A stretch of DNA of 64,000 nucleotides from Setoptus koraiensis (lineage: Eukaryota > Animalia > Arthropoda). Both the position numbers and the translations under genes were made by a program. The number at the start of each line of letters is the position of its first letter. The first letter of the stretch is position 1. This document shows positions 13,488-22,606 of the stretch, piece by piece. Under the pieces are notes generated by a model. It did no database searches. It was not told where the DNA came from and was given only the letters and a program-made list of their open reading frames with translations. The stretch lies in the NCBI GenBank assembly GCA_048013815.1, contig CM106585.1, positions 24,157,963 to 24,221,962 of the forward strand. Direction: 5' to 3'.

Positions 13488-14137
13488 GTTGGCTCCTTGT
13501 TGTTGTAGTTGATTAATATGCCGCTCACTTTCGTTCTAATATTCCTCTGGCTAAAATATCAATCGGATCCTTGTGAGCCAACAGTATATCTAGTATAATA
13601 ATAATTTAATTTAATAGTATAATAATAATAAAATCCAGGCAAATGGATGGGACGGTGTCTAAAGGTGTCCGCTAATATATTTGCAAATGAACTGAAAAGG
13701 CTACGCTAGCTTCCACAGTGTCTGTTCCATGCGGCGTATTTTGACTTTTTGTGCAAATTTACCAAACACAAGGCTACACAATGAGCGCACAGTGTGCGTT
13801 GTCAGAATTAAACTTATAGCGGACAGAATAGAGTACCTAATTTCATTGCACTCATCTTAAATGTAAGTGCATGATGATTGGTTTTATGTCATTAGTGAGA
13901 CACTATCATTAATGTCACAATTTCTAGTACAATTTCTAGTACTATCTATCTTGATCTATCTCGGATTATCTTTAGGTTAAAATGCTCCAATATGAGAGGA
14001 GCATTACCTTGTTTCTCTTTCTTCCAGCATTAGATCTATACTATTAATTCAGAGCGGTATCAAATCCTTTAATTAACACATTTCTTCCATATCATCCATT
14101 CAATAAAGTCGAAATTCGAGTCGCCTCTATTCTAAAA

Positions 14138-15592
14138 ATGGAACAAGAAACTCGCGAGCTTGCGTTTAACCAGAAAAAAACAATTTTGACTATAATAATT
14201 GCCTTGACTGATTCATTAGGACACTTCAGTACATTGAAGGCTATTGCAGATGAGTTGCTAAGCCGAAGCCATAGAGTTATATTCTTTTCAGTGAATGAAC
14301 TTGATACAAAGGGCTACGAGGCTATTATAGCCAGTGAAATTGACTCTTTTCTGTCTAAACCATGGAAATTAACGGACAGAATAACAGAGCGAAAATTTGA
14401 TGATTCCGTGGATAGCGCTGAAGATAAGTGGACAAAAATTGTTGAGATTGTTGCACCAGTATTCAGAATGGGCCCAAAAGAATCAGCGAGAGAATCAGTT
14501 TCACTTGGCCATGGTCAATGCAGATACGAAGTAGAGCTGCATCATGACAGGTTGGAACAATTATTTAAGCTTATCAAGCCCGATGTTATTGTCTCAGATT
14601 TAATGTTATGTTATCCATGCATAATGAATCAGAGAGACATTAAATGGGTTCGCCTCTTCTTGGGAGCTTCATTGGCAATATATGGAAGGTATTATCCGAC
14701 GTTGTTGCCTCCTGAATGGTACGGCTTGCCTACATTATGCAGCACTGATGTAATTAAAGAATACAGAGATTTCGATTACAGTATCAAGATTAAACATTAT
14801 AACAAGTTGACTGATACTTTAAAGGATAAATTCAATTGTCAAGATATGCCACCAGCGGAAAAAACTGTTGAATTTGTGCCCGAGTCGCCTTTCATGAATA
14901 TCTACATGTATCCAAGCGCATTAGATTACGCTAATATAATCAAAGATGTAAAGAGGCCTGCAAATTGGTTCCATGTTAATTCTTTGGTTCCCAAAAATTT
15001 GAACACGCGTCGTAGCGAGACATTCAATAGTTCAGATAGAAAAGAAGTTGACGATTTTGTCATTCGAAAAATTGGAGACACTAAGCTGATCTATTTTAGC
15101 TTAGGCACTCTAGCGAGTGCTGATACCGATTTGATGAATCGCATATTGGCTTTTCTGGCTTTAGACATCGATAATCTTTACATCGTTTCTATGGGGCCCT
15201 TACATCAGCATTTGAAACTGGGAGATAACATGTTGGGGCGCAAATTTATTGATCAACTTTATATTCTACCCAAGATAGATTTGATTATTACTCATGGTGG
15301 AAATAACACAATTACAGAGTCATTTCATTATGGAGTGCCGGGATTTGTTGTTCTACCAGTATTCGACGATCAACATGATAATGCCAGACGAATTGAAGAA
15401 ATAAAAGTAGGTAAGAGCCTAGATACATACAATTGCTCAAGAATAGAATTGATGGAGGCTATACACTCTGTATTATCTGACACAAGTATCAAGGAAAGGA
15501 TGCAGAAGTTCGGGGAGGAAATCCGAAATTCGAATGGGCTCGTGACAGCTTGCGATATGATAGAGAGAGCAGCCGCCGACGATAGCTGCTAG
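14138..15592 (+). CDS. UDP-glycosyltransferase (GT1, cytosolic mite/bacterial type), intronless, 484 aa
   Basis: N-terminal catalytic His (DSLGHF...DELLSRSHRVIF), LIYFSLGT, and UGT signature FIDQLYILPKIDLIITHGGNNTITESFHYGVP...VFDDQHDNARR. No signal peptide and no C-terminal TM helix. Confidence 0.93.
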   Translation: MEQETRELAFNQKKTILTIIIALTDSLGHFSTLKAIADELLSRSHRVIFFSVNELDTKGYEAIIASEIDSFLSKPWKLTDRITERKFDDSVDSAEDKWTKIVEIVAPVFRMGPKESARESVSLGHGQCRYEVELHHDRLEQLFKLIKPDVIVSDLMLCYPCIMNQRDIKWVRLFLGASLAIYGRYYPTLLPPEWYGLPTLCSTDVIKEYRDFDYSIKIKHYNKLTDTLKDKFNCQDMPPAEKTVEFVPESPFMNIYMYPSALDYANIIKDVKRPANWFHVNSLVPKNLNTRRSETFNSSDRKEVDDFVIRKIGDTKLIYFSLGTLASADTDLMNRILAFLALDIDNLYIVSMGPLHQHLKLGDNMLGRKFIDQLYILPKIDLIITHGGNNTITESFHYGVPGFVVLPVFDDQHDNARRIEEIKVGKSLDTYNCSRIELMEAIHSVLSDTSIKERMQKFGEEIRNSNGLVTACDMIERAAADDSC

Positions 15593-15617
15593 TTGTTGTG
15601 TTAAATTAGTTGTAATT

Positions 15618-15713
15618 GAAAGGCATCTCGTTAATTGATAAATCATGGAAAGACATCTCGTTAATTGATGAGTCATGGAAAGGCACCTCGTCAATTGATG
15701 AATTCTGGAAAGG
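15618..15713 (+). repeat. 30-bp tandem repeat, about 3.2 copies, just downstream of the UGT stop
   Basis: Units GAAAGGCATCTCGTTAATTGATAAATCATG / GAAAGACATCTCGTTAATTGATGAGTCATG / GAAAGGCACCTCGTCAATTGATGAATTCTG / GAAAGG. Confidence 0.9.
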
Positions 15714-16491
15714 TGTGCTAATTGCCTTTTGAATTCGCATGACCTAGAATAACATCCCAATCTGCAGTTGAACGATAAAAGAATTCGTTACATTTATTTG
15801 CTAAAAAATCGAATAAAATATATACAAATAACTTCTTTTCTCGCCATCACTTCCTGAAGTACCTGTGACTTGAGCGCCTTATATAATGGGCTTTCGATGA
15901 ATAGAATCAATGGAACGCATTTTAGAGGCATGACCTAGAGGTCTAATTAAAAAGTTATCTTGCACGTAACACGTGCCACCTAGGCTCGAAATTTCGTAAA
16001 CTTTTGTAATTCGCGGTAATTATTAATCCTGTTTCGGTGATTCATGTTTCGAGAAGTTGAACTATGCTATGTCGTAGACGAAAATTGATACTCGATATAT
16101 CCGCGAGGGCGGCGCTTTAAGGTTTCCTCTTCCATTCGGAGTGAAATACAGCTCGCGTTGGTTAGATGATTAGCCGCAGAATATCGAGTATCGATCGTGT
16201 TTGCACATCTCATCCAATGCTCAGACAAGTGCACCAATCAACAACAAAACATTAGATGAAACACCACACCCTTGACTGTGTATTTCAAGGTCTTGCAACC
16301 ACCCCTTGCGGATTATTTTTGCATCAATATTTTCCATATCGGAAATGGAACACACATTATATAAATACCATCAGACGTATAGCACAAAAGACTAGAACGT
16401 GTAGATCTATTCATGTAAACCGTATTTACCAGAGCTGTTTTATTTGTCATTTTATAACATCAGATTAATTCATTGTCAACATCTAATCATC

Positions 16492-16821
16492 ATGGACGAT
16501 TGGGACGCCGAAGCCGATAACCCACCATTTAGTCTTTTTAAGGAGGTGACACCTCAGGAGGCGATAAAAAAATTTGAATGGCTTGATATTGTTGTCTACA
16601 ATAGATGGTCAAAGTCGGAGAGGAGGCTGTACCAAAAATTAAAATGTATACAGGTCGCAGAGGTTCTAGAGAAGACAGCCCAAGACAATGTTGACGATCT
16701 GACTAAAGCTTTTGATCAATTAACCGTGATAAAGAACGCAGACCAAGACACAGCTTCTGAAGTCGATGATCTTATCAAATCGCTTGAGAGAAAATTGAAC
16801 ATAACCACGAAGAAGAAATGA
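16492..16821 (+). CDS. Orphan 109-aa protein with an EXOSC5-like N-terminus and two C-terminal NES-like repeats
   Basis: First ATG with good context (ATCATGG) at 16492; single exon. Starts MDDWDAEADNPPFS; contains VDDLTKAFDQLTV and VDDLIKSLERKLNI. No family recognised. Confidence 0.6.
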   Translation: MDDWDAEADNPPFSLFKEVTPQEAIKKFEWLDIVVYNRWSKSERRLYQKLKCIQVAEVLEKTAQDNVDDLTKAFDQLTVIKNADQDTASEVDDLIKSLERKLNITTKKK

Positions 16822-16909
16822 AGACCTGCCATTAAAAAATTCTCTTATGAGTCAGATTATTATTAGTAGTATACCCGGATTTATTGAATTTTAACCTGTT
16901 CCAATAACG

Positions 16910-17683
16910 TTATTGCGCTCGCTTTGAAAAGCGTGCCTCAATATCGTTTCTTATCTGGTCAAATATCTTCTCTGATTCCAATCTTGCCAGCCTTGTAGCC
17001 TCGTTTAAGACGCACTGATTGTATATACCTTGAGTCTTAATGGCAATCAATTTATAACTATGATGTTCAAATACAAGATCGAATCTCGAACAACATTGTG
17101 ATTCCTGTTCCTTGTTGGGCTGTACAATAAACAAAAGGTTTGATAAATTATTGACTCCTTCTTCATCATATGATTCCTTCTCTACAGTAGTCTCTTTATT
17201 TAGAGTTGTAATGACAGTCACACCGGTTGCCACGCATCTCATTGGTAGTCCACAATCTAGGAGAGCACAACAAGTGCCTGTGATTGCTGCAGTCACTATT
17301 GAGCCACCATCGTATATCTCTTGCACTATGATAGAAATGAGAGTTCTTGGATGAAGTCTAGTGAGGAGAACGTATTGGAAGGTTGTCTTAATGAAGTTCT
17401 CGAATTCTCTCAGTTCGGCTTGTAACGGGTTGGACATAGATATGCTAATTTTACGTTTGTAGAGAACCTCTATCACAGCCTCTTCATAGTTGATTTTTGA
17501 TTGGGCAATATCCACGGGACCATACGCGGCAGCTTGAACGATTGTTTGATTTTGTAGTATCAAAGCGGAACCATCAGGTCTGCTCAGATTGCCGAAGGCA
17601 ACTTGTGTTTTGTCCACTTGGCGTGTCAGTTTTTTGGGAGAGCTCAATGGTGGGTGATGAACTTCGGCATCGCAAACGTCCAT
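16910..17683 (-). CDS. EXOSC5: Exosome complex component RRP46 (RNase PH family), intronless, 257 aa
   Basis: LSRPDGSA...VQAAAYGP, EAVIEVLY, LTRLHPRTLISIIVQEIYDGGS...ITGTCCALLDCGLPMR match Rrp46. Confidence 0.88.
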   Translation of the reverse strand: MDVCDAEVHHPPLSSPKKLTRQVDKTQVAFGNLSRPDGSALILQNQTIVQAAAYGPVDIAQSKINYEEAVIEVLYKRKISISMSNPLQAELREFENFIKTTFQYVLLTRLHPRTLISIIVQEIYDGGSIVTAAITGTCCALLDCGLPMRCVATGVTVITTLNKETTVEKESYDEEGVNNLSNLLFIVQPNKEQESQCCSRFDLVFEHHSYKLIAIKTQGIYNQCVLNEATRLARLESEKIFDQIRNDIEARFSKRAQ

Positions 17684-18184
17684 CTCGACTAAAATATAAA
17701 TTCAAGTGTCCTCTAAGCTACAAATTCTTATAGATCCCTGGGAGTATTTGCGGTTTGTAAATAAAAGGTAATATTGTTCGAATACTGTGTGACCTATTGA
17801 TATAACCTACCGTTGTAGGGAATAAATTGGAGGGGCACCCTTGGATACTCATGAGAAGGCATGAAAGAGAGAGAGAGAGCACATGGCATTGTATATGGTG
17901 ATGGGAAAAATATGCATCATGTGCGGAACGCGTATCATTTGATCACGGATGTTGACCGATTCATTTTCTTGCTCGAGAACAGATGTGTTATATAAGGCAC
18001 AAATTGTGCTGCACAATTGTGATATGTGCATGAAAAAGCACGATCTGTGCTTGCTTTGAAATGAACAACTCACAATTCTGAACAAATGCAATAAAACATG
18101 GAAATTTGCGTGGCACCAACACGAGACACCATTATATCATCTATTCAACTACATGTATATAGCTGGAACTCAACGTGATCCATC

Positions 18185-19387
18185 ATGACAAGCATTGCCA
18201 AAATTGTCAGATCTAGAGCGGCCTTCAAAAATCTGATGCCAATACCTCAAGTCTCCGCCACGGATATGGAATCAACTCAACGCGAGCTCACCCCAAAAAA
18301 ATTACCCCCATTACCTAAGGAGAGAGACTTATTGAGGGTTTATGGAATAAAAGCCAAGAAACAACTGTCTCAGAACTTTTTGTTGGATCCAAGATTGCTT
18401 TATAGACTAGTCCGAGCGGCAGGGGTGATGCCAGGTTACAGAGTTGTCGAAGTTGGACCAGGACCTGGAAATCTTACACGATCCATCTTGCAAAAGGGTC
18501 CCTTAGAAGTGTTAGCTATCGAGAAAGACAGGAGATTTTTGCCACTACTAGAAATGCTGGCCGATTCAGTGGAGCCCGGTCAATTGAAAATAGTTGTCGG
18601 GGACGCCATGGACCACACTTTTACCAATGCCTTCGGTGTCGCTGAGAGTATGGAATTCAACGAAACTGGTGGCGGGTATCAAGCTAGCATATGCAATGTC
18701 AAGCGTCGGTGGGAAGGATTTGACTCGCCACCAATAAGAATTGTAGGAAATTTACCTTTTAGTGTGTCCACTGCCCTCTTAATAAAATGGTTGAATCTAA
18801 TTTCAGTGAGGCAGGGGTTTTGGGAGTACGGAAGAGTACCTATGTTATTAACTTTTCAAGAAGAGGTTGCACGGAGGATAACAGCAGACCCTTGCTCATC
18901 AGAGCGCACCAGGCTATCGGCAATGGTGCAAAACTATTGTAGAGTTAAATATATGTTCACTATTAAGGGTACATCTTTCACACCTGCGGCTATTGTGAAC
19001 ACAGGTGTCGTGAAGTTGGAGCCTAGAATCAAACCATACTGTGATGTTCCCTTTAGATTATTCGAGAAGTTTGTCAGGCACCTATATCATCATCGCAATA
19101 AGGACGTTTTGTACAATGTGCGTACCCTTTTCCCCAAAGACATGGCAGATTGCGCCGATAGATTAGTTGAAAAGGCGGAGGTCAGCTCTTTCATTAGGTG
19201 TTATATGGTGAGCAATGTCGAAGTATCTAGAATGTGCGCTGAATATTACGAATATTGTAAACAATACCCAGCTCTGATAGAATTCAACTATCGAGCTGGT
19301 AAGAGACTAGTCGACGAGCTAAGCTTGAAAGTTCTACGCGAGGCAGGACTTGGTCTACTAGAAGAGGATATTCCCAAACTAAATTAA
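18185..19387 (+). CDS. TFB1M: Mitochondrial dimethyladenosine transferase 1 (mtTFB1, KsgA family), intronless, 400 aa
   Basis: KAKKQLSQNFLLD, VVEVGPGPGNLTRSIL, IEKDRRF, IVGNLPFSVST, MLLTFQEEVARR, RLSAMVQNYC. Confidence 0.92.
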   Translation: MTSIAKIVRSRAAFKNLMPIPQVSATDMESTQRELTPKKLPPLPKERDLLRVYGIKAKKQLSQNFLLDPRLLYRLVRAAGVMPGYRVVEVGPGPGNLTRSILQKGPLEVLAIEKDRRFLPLLEMLADSVEPGQLKIVVGDAMDHTFTNAFGVAESMEFNETGGGYQASICNVKRRWEGFDSPPIRIVGNLPFSVSTALLIKWLNLISVRQGFWEYGRVPMLLTFQEEVARRITADPCSSERTRLSAMVQNYCRVKYMFTIKGTSFTPAAIVNTGVVKLEPRIKPYCDVPFRLFEKFVRHLYHHRNKDVLYNVRTLFPKDMADCADRLVEKAEVSSFIRCYMVSNVEVSRMCAEYYEYCKQYPALIEFNYRAGKRLVDELSLKVLREAGLGLLEEDIPKLN

Positions 19388-19709
19388 AGGTGCATGCTGT
19401 CACTAAACATAGATGATCTGTCTTGTGTCCATTTACCAGATGTGGTTGCGTAAAAATTCCTATGTCTTTTTCAACAGCATACGATGATCACGCCAATGAA
19501 TGACGCACTGGCACAAATTCTGTAGTCACTTGCGTTCTCCAAGTTAGAGAGGCTGTGTATCAAGGCTTTGAAAATGGACGTTCGCTCGCACCCGGCATCT
19601 TTCTTCTTTCCCTCTTTCCCCTATTTGACGCATGCGCAAAGCTACTGCTTCGAACTGTTGTTGTTGAATCCAGGCTGAAGTTCAGCCGCTGAACACACGT
19701 GAAACTTCA

Positions 19710-19778
19710 GGAACATTCTAGAAGGAGTGAGCGCACATCTGAAAAAGTTCGCGAAAGTTCCTCGCTCACGATATATAC
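19710..19778 (+). promoter_or_regulatory. Hsp70 proximal promoter: two heat-shock elements and a TATA box
   Basis: GAACATTCTAGAA (19711-19723) and TTCGCGAAAGTTC (19748-19760) are three-unit nGAAn arrays. GATATATAC at 19770-19778, about 170 nt before the Hsp70 ATG. Confidence 0.85.
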
Positions 19779-19945
19779 TTCTTCATCTGCTTGATTTTCT
19801 CATATTCACAAAATACAGTAAATCCAATCGTCTAAACCAATCTAGTTCTAAAATTGCAAAATATAATCCAAAGTAAAAAAGTCTAGGAAACTGAAACTAA
19901 ACATTACGCTACATCACTTCTGCAGTAATATAAATAACTTCTAAA

Positions 19946-21904
19946 ATGTCTACAAACGCCATTGGTATCGATTTGGGAACCACATACTCATGTGTCGGAG
20001 TTTTTCAACATGGTAAAGTCGAGATCATCGCCAACGATCAAGGTAACCGTACAACACCGAGTTATGTAGGTTTCACCGATTCCGAGCGTCTAATTGGTGA
20101 CGCTGCCAAAAATCAAGTAGCTATGAATCCTCAAAATACAGTCTTCGACGCTAAACGTCTCATTGGTCGTCGCTTCGATGATGCTACCGTTCAATCCGAC
20201 ATGAAATTGTGGCCGTTCACAGTAATCAATGACAACACAAAACCCAAAATTCAAGTCGAATTTAAGGGTGAGACAAAATCCTTCTTCCCGGAAGAAATTT
20301 CATCGATGGTGCTGACCAAGATGCGCGAAACTGCCGAGGCTTACCTAGGAAAGAAAGTCACAAATGCAGTCATCACAGTTCCAGCATATTTCAACGACTC
20401 GCAACGTCAAGCCACCAAAGATGCTGGTGCAATTGCTGGTATGAATGTTATGAGAATCATCAATGAGCCCACTGCTGCAGCTATTGCATATGGATTGGAC
20501 AAGAAGGGAGGCAAAGAAAAGAACATTTTAATTTTTGACCTTGGTGGTGGAACATTCGATGTGTCAGTGTTGTCCATTGACGATGGTGTGTTTGAGGTGA
20601 AAGCAACCGCTGGAGATACTCACTTGGGTGGTGAGGACTTCGACAACAGAATGGTGAATCACTTTGTACAAGAATTCAAACGAAAACACAAGAAAGATAT
20701 TACAGGTAACAAGAGAGCCGTTCGTCGTTTGAGGACAGCCTGTGAACGAGCCAAGAGAACATTGTCATCATCTACTCAAGCTAGTATTGAAATTGATTCA
20801 CTATTTGAGGGTATCGACTTTTACTCAAACATCACCCGTGCTAGATTCGAGGAATTGTGCGCTGATTTGTTCCGATCAACTCTAGACCCAGTCGAGAAAT
20901 CTCTTCGTGATGCAAAGATTGATAAAGCCAGTATCCAAGAGATCGTCTTGGTCGGAGGTTCTACTCGTATCCCAAAGGTTCAAAAGCTTTTACAAGATTT
21001 CTTCAACGGAAAAGAACTCAACAAGAGTATCAATCCAGATGAGGCCGTAGCCTATGGTGCCGCAGTACAAGCAGCCATTCTTAGCGGTGACAAATCTGAG
21101 GCTGTACAAGATCTGCTACTTTTGGATGTTACACCACTATCACTTGGTATTGAAACTGCTGGTGGAGTGATGACGACATTAATCAAAAGAAATGCAACTA
21201 TTCCAACTAAGCACTCACAGATATTCACAACATACAGCGACAACCAACCTGGTGTGTTGATTCAAGTGTATGAAGGAGAGCGTGCTATGACCCGCGACAA
21301 CAATATGTTGGGCAAATTCGAACTATCTGGAATCCCACCGGCACCAAGAGGAGTTCCACAAGTTGAAGTGACATTCGATATAGACGCCAACGGTATCTTG
21401 AATGTATCTGCTGTTGACAAGAGCACAGGTAAACAAAACAAGATAACCATTACCAATGATAAGGGTCGCCTATCTAAAGAAGATATTGAGCGCATGGTAC
21501 AAGAAGCAGAGAAATTCAAAGAGGATGACGAGAAACAAAAGGATCGTATCAAAGCCAAGAATGATCTTGAGTCGTTTGCATTTAACCTAAAACAAACGTG
21601 TGAGGATGAAAAGCTCAAAGACAAGATACCTGCAGAAGACCGTAAGAGTTTAGAGGAGAAAGTGAAAGAAACATTGGCCTGGTTAGATGCAAATCAAATG
21701 GCTGAAGCTGAAGAATTCGCTCATCATCAGAAAGAATTAGAGCAACTCTCAGCTCCCATCATGACCAAGATGTACCAAGCTGCAGGTGGACCAGGTGGTG
21801 CCGGAGGTTTCCCAGGTGCAGGTGGATTCCCCGGTGCTGGTGGCGAGGCTGGAGCAGCAGGTGCTGGAGCCAAGAGCGGTCCCACAATCGAAGAGGTAGA
21901 TTAA
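19946..21904 (+). CDS. Hsp70: Cytosolic Hsp70 family chaperone, intronless, 652 aa
   Basis: [36 protein letters not shown] signatures; GGFP repeats; C-terminal GPTIEEVD. Confidence 0.97.
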   Translation: MSTNAIGIDLGTTYSCVGVFQHGKVEIIANDQGNRTTPSYVGFTDSERLIGDAAKNQVAMNPQNTVFDAKRLIGRRFDDATVQSDMKLWPFTVINDNTKPKIQVEFKGETKSFFPEEISSMVLTKMRETAEAYLGKKVTNAVITVPAYFNDSQRQATKDAGAIAGMNVMRIINEPTAAAIAYGLDKKGGKEKNILIFDLGGGTFDVSVLSIDDGVFEVKATAGDTHLGGEDFDNRMVNHFVQEFKRKHKKDITGNKRAVRRLRTACERAKRTLSSSTQASIEIDSLFEGIDFYSNITRARFEELCADLFRSTLDPVEKSLRDAKIDKASIQEIVLVGGSTRIPKVQKLLQDFFNGKELNKSINPDEAVAYGAAVQAAILSGDKSEAVQDLLLLDVTPLSLGIETAGGVMTTLIKRNATIPTKHSQIFTTYSDNQPGVLIQVYEGERAMTRDNNMLGKFELSGIPPAPRGVPQVEVTFDIDANGILNVSAVDKSTGKQNKITITNDKGRLSKEDIERMVQEAEKFKEDDEKQKDRIKAKNDLESFAFNLKQTCEDEKLKDKIPAEDRKSLEEKVKETLAWLDANQMAEAEEFAHHQKELEQLSAPIMTKMYQAAGGPGGAGGFPGAGGFPGAGGEAGAAGAGAKSGPTIEEVD

Positions 21905-22606
21905 AAAGACCCGCGATGAGTCAACACAATAATGATCACAAATTTTCTTATCGCTGTATATAATCATGAATATTTAACTGTTTGAATTTAGTATTAGAAA
22001 TAAATTTGCACTATATCAAACAATCCAATTTTGGTCTATTCTCGTTACTTTAAATCATTATCCTTGAATTGATAGAATGGAAAACAAAAACAGAAGGTAC
22101 AGATTGTTTTATTATATCTATTACAATTCATTTTTGTTTGATCTATCGGACAACATAATCTGTACGATATAAATTAGATTTACATGATGTATGACTGTAG
22201 AAAATATTCAACCTTCTCCTTTGGCCTAAAACGTCTATCGCTGAAACTATCGCATATCGTATTATTTCGACCCTCCCTCGCCTCGGAGGTTCGAATTCTT
22301 GGCTGGACATTGGAGCCTCAGATGGGATCACCTTAATCAGAAATGACTTCGGACTGAAAAAGAAGGAAAAAAAATTGCATCTATGAAATTAATTTCTGTA
22401 ATACTATATAAGATTTGACATTCAAGGAATAATCAATTGTAATATATACAATTGCTAGCATAGGGTCGCAGTGTAAGTTTTCTTTTGATCTTATTCGGTA
22501 CCTGAGACTTGATAAAAGATAACTAGGACTTGATAAAATCTAAATAGTTTTGTTATATAAATTTATGGTTTTTGCGGTATTCGTTTCCGATGTACGTTTT
22601 TGTTGA

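Noticed and set aside
15618-15713. 30-bp repeats as a CRISPR array
   Set aside because: Units are directly adjacent with no spacers, and the DNA is eukaryotic.
16444-16491. Upstream extension of the orphan ORF in the supplied track
   Set aside because: It begins at a TTG in AT-rich sequence; the ATG at 16492 has good context and aligns with the EXOSC5 start.
22288-22296. GGTTCGAAT, resembling a tRNA T-loop/B-box
   Set aside because: No D-arm, anticodon arm or acceptor-stem pairing could be built around it.
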